Positions 29,002 through 39,672 are shown, counted from the stretch's first letter. The stretch is DNA of 64,000 bases from an uncultured Methanosarcinales archaeon (GCA_963843555.1 CAWJKV010000015.1:32001-96000); one strand, 5' to 3'. The notes: generated by a model not told the origin, from the letters alone. Numbers and translations: made by a program.

Positions 29002-29647
29002 ATGAGCATCGCGGGCCGCACGAGTCCTATAGAACTGAGGGATCTATTCATATCGCTGGTAGCGCTGGTTATAGCCTTCTCCTTGCTGGTACGAGCGAAG
29101 AATGCCGGGACTTGAGACGATTTTGATTACGGCATTGGCCGTGAGCACCGGGTTCCTGTTGCATGAGATGGCTCACAAATTCGTGGCCTTGCGCTTTGGC
29201 TATTGGGCAGAGTACAGAGCCAACATGATGGGATTGGGGCTGGCTATCGTCATGGCCCTCGGCGGCTTCCTCTTTGCAGCTCCTGGAGCTGTCATGATAA
29301 ACAAATCCAACGCCACCCAGGAGTTCTATATGCAGGACACCTTCGGCCAGGAGGAGCAAAAGAGCCGGATTACGAGGGAAATGCTGTTGATTTCCCTGGC
29401 CGGGCCCATGACCAACATCGTACTTGCGGTATTTTTCTTTCTGCTGTTTTTGGTCGGCGAGGCAGGCAGCGATCTATGGGCCCGGGCAGCCTACTTCGCC
29501 TTCTTCATAAATCTCATTCTGGCAGCCTTCAATATGCTGCCCTTCGGACCCCTGGACGGCAAGAAGATCTTCGATGGCAATAGAGTGGTATGGGCGCTGG
29601 TAGGCTTTCCCACGATTCTGGTGGGGCTGCTGGTTTATATGGGATAG
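29002..29647 (+). CDS. Peptidase M50 (site-2 protease family), split by one +1 frameshift (about 29091)
   Basis: HEMAH, ISLAGP and FNMLPFGPLDG. The N-terminal MSIAGRTSPIELRDLFISLVALVIAF lies in the preceding frame from ATG 29002. Confidence 0.88.
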
Positions 29648-29759
29648 ATATGGAGAGAAAAACGCAAATCCGACTGCACAACTGAGCCGATCCTGAAGCA
29701 GGACCACCTATGGCTGGAGGAGAACAGCCTTATATCATCGATACATAAATTTTCTTAAG

Positions 29760-30242
29760 ATGAAGAGGTTAATCGCCCATATCTCGGGAAGGGTCCAGGG
29801 AGTAGGATACAGGTCGATGGTAGTGATGTTGGCCAGGACCCTGGGCATCAAAGGATATGTCCAGAACCTCCCCAATGGCAAAGTCTTCATTATTGCCGAG
29901 GGGCCCAAGGAGGACCTGGCGAGATTTGTCAAGTCCATCAGGATCGATAACTCCAGGATTATGGTGGATGACATCTTTATTGATTGCAAAGATGCGAAGA
30001 AAGAATTTGATGGTTTTTATAAAATAAATTCAAAGCAACTGAAAGAGGCACTGCCTGATATTGCTCCCCAAAGCCGGAAAGGACGATTTACGAAAGCAAA
30101 CGGCAGATATCTGCCAGCATCCTCCGGGCTGGAAAAGATCGGCTTTGAAACAGAAAAAGTTAATTATAAGCTGGAAAAGATGGTCAAAAGCCAGGAGGAG
30201 CTGAAGGAAGAGATAGAGTCGAGTTGTGATTCAGGGAAATAG
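29760..30242 (+). CDS. Acylphosphatase with a C-terminal extension
   Basis: GRVQGVGYR and GYVQNLPNGKV. Confidence 0.88.
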   Translation: MKRLIAHISGRVQGVGYRSMVVMLARTLGIKGYVQNLPNGKVFIIAEGPKEDLARFVKSIRIDNSRIMVDDIFIDCKDAKKEFDGFYKINSKQLKEALPDIAPQSRKGRFTKANGRYLPASSGLEKIGFETEKVNYKLEKMVKSQEELKEEIESSCDSGK

Positions 30243-30352
30243 TCTGGCCGAAAAACGAGAACAACAGGATAAAGGCTCTACAAGAGGCTTCGGCAATCTC
30301 GGGGGATCAGCTATATTTATTTCCTGACTCAAAGGGAAAGAATGGACGTGAA

Positions 30353-30589
30353 ATGACAATGGCAGAAGATGAAGTTCTCCAAGAGATTTCGGATACGCTT
30401 ATTTCGATCAGCGACAGCCTGGAAGGGATTAATGCAGAGCTCGCTGATATCAGTATGTCGAGCAAAATGCTGATATTTTTTAAGCTGATAGAATTGAGGC
30501 CGGATATGAAAGACAAGCTCGGGCCATTGATCAATGACCTGGCCGCGTCTATGGATTTTGATATGGGGGACGAGCCGGAAAAGGTCTAG
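30353..30589 (+). CDS. Small acidic helical hypothetical protein
   Basis: 78-aa ORF with heptad-like periodicity. Confidence 0.65.
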   Translation: MTMAEDEVLQEISDTLISISDSLEGINAELADISMSSKMLIFFKLIELRPDMKDKLGPLINDLAASMDFDMGDEPEKV

Positions 30590-31027
30590 CGCGAGAGAGA
30601 CTCTGGGCCAAATAATAATAACTCGCGACGACTGGCGGGCGGGAAGGGCCCAGTCCACCCGCGCGAGCGCTCGAATGAAGGCAAGAGTGCTGGAGGCGGG
30701 GCATGTGCCCGGAGAAGAATGAAGCCCCAGAAGTCTGCCGGAATTGAGAAATGGTGGAGGACGGCGTGGTCATGCTTACTTGAAGAGGGGATCGTCGTCG
30801 GTTAAGAGGCAGCCCGCAATCTTACCGGCCAATATTTGAGGATCAAAAATCGTAATACTGCGGCCCATTTTTCTATCTTATAAACATCGGCCTGAATTAT
30901 TCCCGGTATTTTTCAACATATGCGTCTTATCTGTTAAGTAGAAATATACAGTATCAGAATTACGAAAGTTTTATCAGTATCTATGTTATATGATGATTAT
31001 AAGCCGATATTGGGGGGTTGATGGAAG

Positions 31028-31303
31028 ATGGCACGGAGGAATAGGCTGGAGATACTCGGCTGTATTCTGAACATCTGCAAAGAGGATGGATCGAGCAAAA
31101 CAAAAGTTGTCTATCAGCTAAACCTAAATTTTAGAAATGCAGGCTTATATCTCGAATGGCTAACCGAACAGGGGTACCTGGCCAAGCAAGATAAATTGTA
31201 CAGGATAACACCTTCCGGCCAAAAGTTGCTGGAAAATCTCAATGATATTAATTCTATGATTAACTGCGATATTGGCGATGCTCTGGCAAAAGATGACGAG
31301 TAA
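31028..31303 (+). CDS. Small wHTH transcriptional regulator (HTH_45-like), paralog 3
   Basis: RRNRLEI...KTKVVYQLNLNF...YRITPSG. Confidence 0.88.
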   Translation: MARRNRLEILGCILNICKEDGSSKTKVVYQLNLNFRNAGLYLEWLTEQGYLAKQDKLYRITPSGQKLLENLNDINSMINCDIGDALAKDDE

Positions 31304-31460
31304 CCCATTTTTGACTTCGAGCAGTCCCTATTAATTCATGCGCAGCAAGTCATGGCTATGCATAACTGTCTCCCAATAGCCTTCTTTTCATTATGAAAAT
31401 TGAATGATCCCAACATTGCTTCGAAAGCACAAGGCAGCTCACCAAAATAGTCTTTCGTCT

Positions 31461-32123
31461 TTAAGGCATTCCAAGCCGTCCCTTTATCGCTCTGATATCC
31501 GACTGCATCTGCCTCAATTGCATCGTGATTCCCGGTTGGACCTCTTCTTTCAGTCCCTTGATCTCTTCATGAATCTGTGTAATTGCATCGGTATTCTCTC
31601 TCACAGCTTTCATATCGTTCTTCATCTCCTTCATATCGCCCTTCATCTCTCTAATGTCGCCCTTCGTCTCTTTTATGTCACCCTTCATCTCTTTTATGTC
31701 ACCCTTCATCTCTCTAATGTCGCCCTTTGTCTCTTTTATGTCACCCTTCATCTCTTTGATGTCGCCCTTTGTCTCTTTTATATCGTCTCTTATCTCCAAC
31801 AGGACCGGTATGGCCTTATTCATCTGTATCGTGGTGCAGAATTGGGCATACTCTCCAATTGTCATAATCTCTCCATCACAGTCCTCGGCCTGTATTCGGG
31901 ATACCTCGCTGAGGTCTGGGCGCTTGGTCTCCACCAGAGCATGGAAGGCTTCGACTGCCACTTTGCCGCCATCAACGAAGACCAAGACCTCTTCGCCCTC
32001 GATGCTCTCCGTATTATGGGCCTCAAACATCCTGATTCTTTTGGCCATGGCCATGCTCATGAGGAGGTATCTGTAGCCAACATCATGGACCTTAGGGCCG
32101 GTGATGGTAATCTTAAGCTTCAT
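31461..32123 (-). CDS. Acylphosphatase-like domain fused to a heptad-repeat coiled coil
   Basis: ITGPKVHDVGYR N-terminal domain followed by (KGDIKEM)n repeats. Confidence 0.85.
   Translation of the reverse strand: MKLKITITGPKVHDVGYRYLLMSMAMAKRIRMFEAHNTESIEGEEVLVFVDGGKVAVEAFHALVETKRPDLSEVSRIQAEDCDGEIMTIGEYAQFCTTIQMNKAIPVLLEIRDDIKETKGDIKEMKGDIKETKGDIREMKGDIKEMKGDIKETKGDIREMKGDMKEMKNDMKAVRENTDAITQIHEEIKGLKEEVQPGITMQLRQMQSDIRAIKGRLGMP
31602..31790 (-). repeat. In-frame 21-bp tandem repeat, nine heptads
   Basis: RDDIKET KGDIKEM KGDIKET KGDIREM KGDIKEM KGDIKET KGDIREM KGDMKEM KNDMKAV. Confidence 0.9.
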
Positions 32124-32206
32124 TCACAGGGATATGTGCGCGCCTGTGAGAAAAGGATTTGGGTCAGTAGCTTTGCTTTGGAAAAAAGGAATGGAAAAAA
32201 CGCTGC

Positions 32207-33178
32207 CTAAAACCGTCTCCGGATCATGTAGTCGGCCAGCTCCAGCATTGTCGTCTTGGCATCTGAGTCCGGCAGAACTTGCAGGGCTCCCTTGCCTCTG
32301 TCCACCATCTCTTCCGCCCTGGAGCGGGCGTACTCGATCGACCCGCTCTTCTGCAGGAGAGAGATGGACTGCTGGATCTCAACTGACGTTGCCTCCTTCT
32401 TGCCGAAGACCGGCACAGGGACATCGTTTGCAAAGGCATGGATGATGATCAATGTCTTCTTTCCCTCAATCAAGTCCCCGCCCTGCCGCTTGCCTGAGAC
32501 ATTCTCGGGGGTGATAAGATCGATGACGTCATCCTGCAGTTGAAAGCCCATGCCCACCAGCCTGCCGAACTCGTCCATTGCCAAAACGACCTCGGGCGAG
32601 GCTCCGGCGAGAAGCGCCCCCATGGCGGCCGAAGCACCGTAGAGCACACCTGTCTTCTTCTCGATCATCTCCATGTACTCGTCCTCAGAGGCACGATCTC
32701 GAGACTCAAATTCCATGTCCAGCCACTGGCCTTCACAAATAGCCGTGCAGGTCTTGGAGAGCATATTCATGGCTTCGAGGATTCTCCCTGGGTCGGCAGG
32801 GGTCACGCCCAGAACCTGAAAGGCCTTGGAGTAGAGCGTATCCCCTGCCAGAATCGCTCCCGGCTCGCCCCAGAGCTTGTGGACGGCAGGCCGGCCTCGC
32901 CGCACATCGGCATTATCCATGATGTCGTCGTGGATCAGCGTGAAGTTATGGATCAGCTCTATGGCGACTGCCGCAGGAGCAAGACCTTCGGCCTCGCCCC
33001 CCGCAGCTTCTGCCGAGAGCAATAGCATGGATGGCCGCAGCCTCTTTCCGCCGGAGTCCACCAAGTGCCGGCTTGCCTCGTACAGCCCGCGCGGGTGCAC
33101 CACCGGCAGCAACTGCTCGATGGCTTCCGTAACCAGGGCGGCACGCTTTTGCAGCTCTTTATCCATCATCTTTCTCAT
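32207..33178 (-). CDS. idsA: Geranylgeranyl diphosphate synthase (polyprenyl synthetase)
   Basis: GGKRLRP, LIHDDIMD, RRG, KT and FQLQDD; AAGGAGG RBS before MRKMMD. Confidence 0.93.
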   Translation of the reverse strand: MRKMMDKELQKRAALVTEAIEQLLPVVHPRGLYEASRHLVDSGGKRLRPSMLLLSAEAAGGEAEGLAPAAVAIELIHNFTLIHDDIMDNADVRRGRPAVHKLWGEPGAILAGDTLYSKAFQVLGVTPADPGRILEAMNMLSKTCTAICEGQWLDMEFESRDRASEDEYMEMIEKKTGVLYGASAAMGALLAGASPEVVLAMDEFGRLVGMGFQLQDDVIDLITPENVSGKRQGGDLIEGKKTLIIIHAFANDVPVPVFGKKEATSVEIQQSISLLQKSGSIEYARSRAEEMVDRGKGALQVLPDSDAKTTMLELADYMIRRRF

Positions 33179-33234
33179 AACTTCCTCCTTGATCCTATTA
33201 ACATTCGATCTTCGATAGTCCTTGACCTTCGATC

Positions 33235-34572
33235 TTAATCGATGAGCAGCTCCTGGCCGTTTCTCACAAGATGAAAATTGGAGCCCAGAGAATACCCTGT
33301 CTCCTCTGCCATCATGAGATAGCTGCCGTGGCTGTTCAGGTTCCCGTGACTGGGTATTACATGTTCCGGCTGTATCGTGCGCAGAAGCTCCCAATGATCT
33401 TCCTGGCAGGCATGCCCTGAGACATGCACATTATCGTAAATCCTGCCACCTCGCATCTTGAGCTTGGTGACAACCGTGTGCCGGTTGGACACATTAAGCG
33501 GCTGGGGTATGGTGCCTGCAGAGAAGATGATCTTATCCCCGGACTCCACCAGATAATCGGTCTCGCCATTGGCCACCCGGCTCAAGATAGCCCCCGGCTC
33601 CCCTTGATGGCCGGTCATGATGGGCAGATACTTATCCTTGCCTTCGGTCATGATTCTCTTCAGGGCTTTGTCCACCGACTTCCTTCTTCCGAAGACAGTC
33701 ACCTCTCCCTGTCCGGCATAGCCTGTCCGCACGGCTGTGCCCCAGTATTTCTCCATGGACCGGCCCAGGAGCACAGGTTTTCGGCCCATCTTGTGGGCAG
33801 CCTCGATTATTGCTCTGATGCGGGCAATGTGTGAGGAAAACGTCGTGACCATGACGCCGGATTTCGACTCTTCTGTACCGATGAGCACATCCCATACCAG
33901 GTCTTTGGCGATCTTCTCAGAGGGCGTCTTTCCCGAGATGGAGGCGTTTGTTGTCTCGGTGATAAGTGCCAGCACGCCTTCCTTTCCCAGAGCTCTGAGC
34001 CTGGCAAAGTCTGGCGGCTCGCCCAGTGTCGGGCTCCTGTCGATCTTATAATCATTAGCGTAGACTATGGTGCCCTTGGGAGTGTGAATGGCAGCAAAGA
34101 CGCAGTCTACAATGCTGTGCTGTACGCGGATGAACTCCAGCTCGATATCCGGGGTGACCTGAAAGCGTTCTCCCGCGTTCATGGTCTTGAGAGGATTGTT
34201 CACCCCGAATATCTTCTCGGACTTGATCTCCTGATTGATGAGATCTGCGGTAAAAGGAGTAGCTATGATTGGGGCATGATACTTATGGGCCAGTTTGGAT
34301 ATGGCACCAATATGATCCAGGTGACCGTGTGTACAGGCAATGGCCCTTACTTTTCCATCGATGTTCTCCATGATGCTGTCATCGGGAATGGCACCCATGT
34401 TGATCAGGTCGGCGGCATGCAGCGACTCTACATCTGTATCCTCGTGAATCTGCACTCGATCCAGCCTGATTCCCATATCCATTACCACGATATCTTTTCC
34501 TATCCTTATCGCCGTCATGTTACGGCCAATTTCGTTATAGCCGCCCACCGCGATGATTGCAATATCCTTCAT
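33235..34572 (-). CDS. rnj: Ribonuclease J (beta-CASP)
   Basis: GGYNEIGRNMT, THGHLDHIG, TGHQGEP and HVSGHA. Confidence 0.93.
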   Translation of the reverse strand: MKDIAIIAVGGYNEIGRNMTAIRIGKDIVVMDMGIRLDRVQIHEDTDVESLHAADLINMGAIPDDSIMENIDGKVRAIACTHGHLDHIGAISKLAHKYHAPIIATPFTADLINQEIKSEKIFGVNNPLKTMNAGERFQVTPDIELEFIRVQHSIVDCVFAAIHTPKGTIVYANDYKIDRSPTLGEPPDFARLRALGKEGVLALITETTNASISGKTPSEKIAKDLVWDVLIGTEESKSGVMVTTFSSHIARIRAIIEAAHKMGRKPVLLGRSMEKYWGTAVRTGYAGQGEVTVFGRRKSVDKALKRIMTEGKDKYLPIMTGHQGEPGAILSRVANGETDYLVESGDKIIFSAGTIPQPLNVSNRHTVVTKLKMRGGRIYDNVHVSGHACQEDHWELLRTIQPEHVIPSHGNLNSHGSYLMMAEETGYSLGSNFHLVRNGQELLID

Positions 34573-35657
34573 TTTGCCAACTCTCTATAAGCAGAAAATT
34601 TTCTCAAGTCGAAACCCCGTGCATCAAGCCAAACTCTGGTCCTTCCTAGAACCACGAGAGGAACACGGGCCAGTTGTCTCACATTCGTACATCCGGTGAG
34701 GAACATCGAGATCCTCAGTGCCCGAATATAGGGATTCATAGCCTTAACTACAGCTTTTGTATCCTTTGTGGCAGGTTTTAGCATGGGAAGAGCAGTCTCT
34801 GCCAGGATGGCGCCTAAAGATAGACTCTTAGCAACATCCAGGCCGTTTCGAACTCCTCCCGAGGAGATAACATCCAACCCCTGGGCTTTGCATTCTATTA
34901 TGCTCACAGGCGTGGGAATTCCCCAGCTCCAAAATAGCCTTCCCATCTCCTCCAATTCATCGTCCCCGGCCATTGCCGCGCGGTAGGCCTCAACGCCTGC
35001 CCAGGAAAGACCTCCCAGGCCTGAGACATCGACCATCTTGACCCCTGCGTTTGCCAGATCCCGGGCAGCCTCCCATGGTATGCCGGCGCCGGTCTCCTTG
35101 ATGATTATGGGCACCTTTCCCCTGGCCGCAGACGCGATCGCATCCAGAACGCCGGAAGCCTCTTTGTCTCCTTCGGGCTGAATGCACTCCTGCAAGAAGT
35201 TCAAATGAACTGCCACTGCATCTGCATCTATCATCTCTGCCAGGCGCTCTAAAACCTCCGGCCCGGATCTCTTCAGCTGGACGGCTCCAATATTGCCAAT
35301 GATGGGTATGTCTGGTGCCGCATCCCTGGCGGCAGAGAAGGTATCCACCAGACTCTTGTCCTCCAGGGCTGCCCTCTGTGAGCCCACCCCGAGTGCTATT
35401 CCTAACTCAGATGCCGCCTCCGCCAGGCGAACATTGATCTCCTTGACATCGCGATGACCACCGGTCATGGCTCCGATGATGAGGGGGGCCGTCAGCCTCT
35501 TTCCCAAGAAACTGCAGGTGGTATCGATATCTGCCTCATCGATCTCCGGGAGAGCCTTATGGATCAGAACCAGATCGTCGAAGGGCCTGCATTCCGATTC
35601 TACAGGTTTCTCCAGGCAGATTCTGATGTGGTCGAGCTTGCGGCTGGATGTTGTCAA
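34569..35657 (-). CDS. fni: Type 2 isopentenyl-diphosphate delta-isomerase
   Basis: RKLDHI, AMTGG, GSQRAAL, HLNFLQE and KETGAG. Confidence 0.95.
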   Translation of the reverse strand: MTTSSRKLDHIRICLEKPVESECRPFDDLVLIHKALPEIDEADIDTTCSFLGKRLTAPLIIGAMTGGHRDVKEINVRLAEAASELGIALGVGSQRAALEDKSLVDTFSAARDAAPDIPIIGNIGAVQLKRSGPEVLERLAEMIDADAVAVHLNFLQECIQPEGDKEASGVLDAIASAARGKVPIIIKETGAGIPWEAARDLANAGVKMVDVSGLGGLSWAGVEAYRAAMAGDDELEEMGRLFWSWGIPTPVSIIECKAQGLDVISSGGVRNGLDVAKSLSLGAILAETALPMLKPATKDTKAVVKAMNPYIRALRISMFLTGCTNVRQLARVPLVVLGRTRVWLDARGFDLRKFSAYRELAK

Positions 35658-36406
35658 TTAGGCCTCCAGACTCTTGTTCCTATAGATTCTCCCCGCAAAG
35701 CTCGCTCAATATTCCCTTTTTTGGCGGCGTTGAATATAACTGAATCTATTCCCATATCTGCCAGGTCCAGCAATTCCTGGAGCTTTCCTTTCATGCCGCC
35801 TGTAACGTCCACGCCCCCACTCCCTCCAACGACGCTCTCCAATGCAGGAAGATCTCCCCTCGTAATCTCCGCCAGAGGCTTGCCTGAGAGCAGCACGCCA
35901 TCCACGTCGCAGCCCACAGCTGTGACCTCGGCCTGCAGAGCTCCGGCAAGATATGAGACGAGCTGGTCTCCGGAGACAATTCCCGCTTTTCGTTTTGCAT
36001 CCATCGCTACATCTCCATGCAGCACCGGCATGAGGCCTTCTTTCAGCATAGCTTTCAGCGGCCCCAGGGCAAAACTGTCTATCCTGCCGTTCGAGAGGAG
36101 GAGACAGGAGAGGGGATGAAGAGGCAGTGAATCGACTCCCGCGCGGCTCAGGGCCTTGACCACAAGATCATTCAGCCTGGCCACAGAATCATGCGTCACC
36201 CTCAATCCCTCCGGGCTGAAGCTCCAAGGCAGACCATACTTTTTGGCGGGGATATGACCAAAGGATCCTGCTCCATGCACTAGCACCAGGTCTTCCGGGT
36301 GGGCAGCAATCTCCCCAGCTACACGCGAAATCTCGTCCTGTCGGGCGGCATCTCCACGGGTTTTGTCGGTCAAAATGCTTCCCCCGATCTTCAGAACCTT
36401 AGTCAC
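35654..36406 (-). CDS. ipk: Isopentenyl phosphate kinase
   Basis: KIGGSILTDK, VHGAGSFGH, SGD and DVTGGM. Confidence 0.92.
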   Translation of the reverse strand: MTKVLKIGGSILTDKTRGDAARQDEISRVAGEIAAHPEDLVLVHGAGSFGHIPAKKYGLPWSFSPEGLRVTHDSVARLNDLVVKALSRAGVDSLPLHPLSCLLLSNGRIDSFALGPLKAMLKEGLMPVLHGDVAMDAKRKAGIVSGDQLVSYLAGALQAEVTAVGCDVDGVLLSGKPLAEITRGDLPALESVVGGSGGVDVTGGMKGKLQELLDLADMGIDSVIFNAAKKGNIERALRGESIGTRVWRPN

Positions 36407-37359
36407 GTGTCACTCTCCAGCCTCACTCCCTCACATCCAGCCTTAACGGCAAATGCCAGTCCTCTCGCCTGTCTCAGGGCCACCATCAATGCATCTCTTA
36501 GGCCGGGCTTTGGCAGAGCGATCATGCAGCCGCCACCTCCTGCGCCGGTGAGCTTGGCTCCGAAGGCTCCCCCGGCATTTCGTGCGGCATAGACCAGATC
36601 GCATAGCTCCCGGGTGCCTACTCCCAGGGCCTCCAGCAGGCCGTGGTTGATGTTCATCAGCTCACCCAGTTGGACCAGGTCTCGATCTCTGATGAGTGGA
36701 ACGGCCCGCGTCGATATGGCCCCAATGGCCTGAAATATGGGCTCGACCGCATCAGGATAGCGTTCCTTCAGGCTCTGTACCTTCTCAACCTCAGAGAGTG
36801 TATCGTGAGACAATTTTGTATATCCCACTATCATCTCCAGCGGGGAAAGATGGAGAGGCTTGACCTCTCTTGCGACCTGCAGGTAGCCGCCAAAAGAGGC
36901 GAGCGCTGTATCCATGGGGCTGCCACGGCCATTTTGAACCCTCTTTTCTATGCGGTAGGCGGTGGATGCGGTCTCCTCCAGGGAGAGCCCGAGATCCAGG
37001 TGACCATTGAGAGCCGCAACTGTGGCCACAACGATGGCAGCCGATGATCCCAGGCCTGCTGCCAGGGGAAGTTCCGATTCGATCTTAACAGAGAGATCTT
37101 TTGCTTCAAATTCCCTGAGAGCGGCCGAGACATACCTCGTAGCATGCACGGCACTGGAGGAGATGAGCTGGCCTGTGGTCAGATCTATTGAGAATCCCCG
37201 CAGAGCAAGGTCTTTGGTCTCGATGAGAACTTTGCCGGGCAGGTCATGCAGTGTTACCTTTGCTCGAAGGTCTATGGCTCCGCCCAAAGCAGTAAAGCCG
37301 GATACGACGGCATGCTCTCCAAAAAGGATTATCTTGCCGGGAGCCGAGGCCGTTGTCAT
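36403..37359 (-). CDS. mvk: Mevalonate kinase
   Basis: APGKIILFGEHAVV, GLGSSAA and KLTGAGGGG; start at MTTASAPG. Confidence 0.95.
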   Translation of the reverse strand: MTTASAPGKIILFGEHAVVSGFTALGGAIDLRAKVTLHDLPGKVLIETKDLALRGFSIDLTTGQLISSSAVHATRYVSAALREFEAKDLSVKIESELPLAAGLGSSAAIVVATVAALNGHLDLGLSLEETASTAYRIEKRVQNGRGSPMDTALASFGGYLQVAREVKPLHLSPLEMIVGYTKLSHDTLSEVEKVQSLKERYPDAVEPIFQAIGAISTRAVPLIRDRDLVQLGELMNINHGLLEALGVGTRELCDLVYAARNAGGAFGAKLTGAGGGGCMIALPKPGLRDALMVALRQARGLAFAVKAGCEGVRLESDT

Positions 37360-37370
37360 TAAGACCCACC

Positions 37371-38159
37371 TCAGGTGAAGACGATCGCTCCGTACCCGAC
37401 TACCTGTCCATAGTCCCTGCTGACGTCTCCGCTGGTAGCGTAGCGGAGCAGTTTGCCGCTGACACTTCCCAGGCCCGCGGCGGCGGTTATGGTAGCGGCT
37501 ATGGGTCCATAGCCACATGCCGTCGCATTATAGCGATAAACTCTGGAATAAAGCTCCGGGACGTCCATATTCAATATGGCCTCTATCAATTGGGTATCCA
37601 CCTTGCGAGCGATTTCTTGCGGCTCGTAGTGAGTGAAATCGCTGCTGGCTATCACAGTACAATCCCGCTTCAGTTTGAGGATGGCCCGAGCAAGCTCCCT
37701 ACCTACCTCTACGGCCGTTTCTTCATCCTGCATTCCCATAGAGATGGGGAGAATCTTGAATTCCTGGAAACGTGCCTGAAGAAATGGGATCTGGACCTCA
37801 ATGGAATGCTCTTGCTGGTGAGCGACTTCATCCTGGTCGATGATCGTGCCGGCTAATGCCTCGGCCAGCTCCAGGTCCGGCTGAACGACTCCGAGAGGCG
37901 TTCTCCAGGAGTCGCGGGAGAGAGCCACTGGTGAGCCAAGCCCGTGATGATTGGGTCCCAGTATCACATAGGTCTCTCTTTTGGGAAGGCGAGAATAGAC
38001 TTCGCCCGCAACAGATCCCGAATAGATATATCCGGCATGTGGTACCACGCCCCCCAAGACCGGCATCTCAACAGCTCGTGGAAGCATATCCTCCAGCTGG
38101 TGCTTCAGCTCCGCTGCATCGCCCGGATAGAACTGACCTGCAACAGCCGGAAGACGCAT
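37371..38159 (-). CDS. MEMO1/AmmeMemoRadiSam protein B family
   Basis: PAVAGQFYP, PHAGYIYSG, EHSIEVQ, ASSDFTHY and CGYGP. Confidence 0.93.
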   Translation of the reverse strand: MRLPAVAGQFYPGDAAELKHQLEDMLPRAVEMPVLGGVVPHAGYIYSGSVAGEVYSRLPKRETYVILGPNHHGLGSPVALSRDSWRTPLGVVQPDLELAEALAGTIIDQDEVAHQQEHSIEVQIPFLQARFQEFKILPISMGMQDEETAVEVGRELARAILKLKRDCTVIASSDFTHYEPQEIARKVDTQLIEAILNMDVPELYSRVYRYNATACGYGPIAATITAAAGLGSVSGKLLRYATSGDVSRDYGQVVGYGAIVFT

Positions 38160-38162
38160 CGA

Positions 38163-38783
38163 TCAAAACTCCATCTCGAAGTCCGAGATAGTGTATTTGA
38201 AGCGATCTTCTTCGCCGCGCTCGCGCAAAACCTGTCGGGCTAAGAGCCAGTAGATAAGCGTAAGAGCCTTCCTGCCTTTGTTGTTGGTGGGTATCACCAG
38301 GTCAACATTGGAGGTCATATTATTGGTATCGCATAGAGCGATCACTGGTATGCCTACATCCACGCCTTCGTTGACCGCCTGGGCATCGCCGCTGGGGTCT
38401 GTGGCTATGAGCGCATCTGGCTCCATGAAGCCCCGGAAGGCCGGGTTGGTCAGGGTATTGGGCACGAACCTGCCGACGTTCGCGCTGGCACCGATGGCCT
38501 TGGCGAACATGGTGGCCGGTCTCTGGCCGTACTGCCGGGCAGAAACGACCAGAATATTTGCCGGGTCGTACTTGGCCAGGAACTTGGCAGCCAGACGGAT
38601 GCGCTTATCTGTGGACTGAACATCCAGAACATACAGCCCGTCCGTCCTCACCCTGTAAATGTAGGGCATCATGTCATTTGTTTTCTGCTGAGTACCGATG
38701 TGCACGCCCGCTGCGAGGTACTCGTCGATTGGTATGAGAGTCTCATATTCTCCCGCTACCGTTATCACCTCATCTTCTTCCAA
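38163..38783 (-). CDS. rps2: 30S ribosomal protein S2
   Basis: [20 protein letters not shown] and PTNNKGR. Confidence 0.97.
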   Translation of the reverse strand: MEEDEVITVAGEYETLIPIDEYLAAGVHIGTQQKTNDMMPYIYRVRTDGLYVLDVQSTDKRIRLAAKFLAKYDPANILVVSARQYGQRPATMFAKAIGASANVGRFVPNTLTNPAFRGFMEPDALIATDPSGDAQAVNEGVDVGIPVIALCDTNNMTSNVDLVIPTNNKGRKALTLIYWLLARQVLRERGEEDRFKYTISDFEMEF

Positions 38784-38788
38784 CTAAT

Positions 38789-38977
38789 TCACCTACCTAA
38801 ATTGCGATCGCGTTTTACGGTTATGGGAATTACGCCCAGTTTCATCTCTTCAAGCGCTATTTCGAGAGGGTCGGTTAGACTTGTATCGATCAGCACTGGA
38901 GCGCCCATGAAAACTTGCAAAGCCCGTGCTCCTACTATTCGCGCACGTTCATATCTGGTATATTTCTCGCCCTTCAA
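38789..38977 (-). CDS. rpoK: DNA-directed RNA polymerase subunit K (Rpo6)
   Basis: [15 protein letters not shown]. Confidence 0.96.
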   Translation of the reverse strand: MKGEKYTRYERARIVGARALQVFMGAPVLIDTSLTDPLEIALEEMKLGVIPITVKRDRNLGR

Positions 38978-39004
38978 ATAGCCACCTCAAAAGGAAGAGT
39001 ATGA

Positions 39005-39079
39005 TGGGGTTGCTGAGATTCGAACTCAGGTCACAGCGTCCCGAACGCTGTAGGATGGACCAGGCTACCCTACAACCCC
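39005..39079 (-). tRNA. tRNA-Pro (anticodon CGG), intronless, CCA not encoded
   Basis: GGGGTTGTAGGGTAGCCTGGTCCATCCTACAGCGTTCGGGACGCTGTGACCTGAGTTCGAATCTCAGCAACCCCA folds as a cloverleaf. Confidence 0.96.
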
Positions 39080-39081
39080 TT

Positions 39082-39267
39082 CTACTGGTACCGCCTAAGC
39101 GTTTCCACTATCTCCACATGAGAGAGAAGCATGCGCCTGCAGCAGTATTTTTCTATTCCCAGGTCATCTAAGACTTTGCCGGGAGGCTCGGTCTTGATGC
39201 GCTCCCGGTATTCCTCCCATACATGGGAAACCACTTTGCCACAGGAAAAACACCTGACTGGAATCAA
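39082..39267 (-). CDS. rpoN: DNA-directed RNA polymerase subunit N (Rpo10)
   Basis: PVRCFSCGK and YCCRRM. Confidence 0.96.
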   Translation of the reverse strand: MIPVRCFSCGKVVSHVWEEYRERIKTEPPGKVLDDLGIEKYCCRRMLLSHVEIVETLRRYQ

Positions 39268-39273
39268 GCAGTT

Positions 39274-39672
39274 TCACCTGTAGGACTTCTGGTACTTGGA
39301 CCTGGCACCTGGTCCGCCGAACTTTTTCCTCTCCTTGTGGCGGTGATCGCTGACAAGGAGATTTCGGTCGTATTCGGAGAAGGCCTCTTTGAGGGCCGTG
39401 TCGCCGGTCCACTCTACGATGCCTTTGGCGATTGCAGTGCGGACGGCGTCTGTCTGGCCCATTGTCCCGCCACCGCTAACCACGACATCGATATTCATCC
39501 CTTTGATCAGATCTCCTGCGATCTGAACGGGTTCCTGGATCTTGAGTCTGGCCAGCCGGGGCTCGTGGATATCAAGGGGCACTTTGTTGATGCGCACAAT
39601 GCCCTTTCCGTCCTTCAGAGTGGCCCTTGCAGTTGCCGTCTTCTTCTTACCCGAGGTATTAATTATCTTCAT
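39274..39672 (-). CDS. rps9: 30S ribosomal protein S9
   Basis: [16 protein letters not shown] and [17 protein letters not shown]. Confidence 0.97.
   Translation of the reverse strand: MKIINTSGKKKTATARATLKDGKGIVRINKVPLDIHEPRLARLKIQEPVQIAGDLIKGMNIDVVVSGGGTMGQTDAVRTAIAKGIVEWTGDTALKEAFSEYDRNLLVSDHRHKERKKFGGPGARSKYQKSYR

Noticed and set aside
31602..31790. Periodic repeat as a possible CRISPR array
   Set aside because: The units are contiguous, in-frame 21-mers with no unique spacers; this is a coding VNTR.
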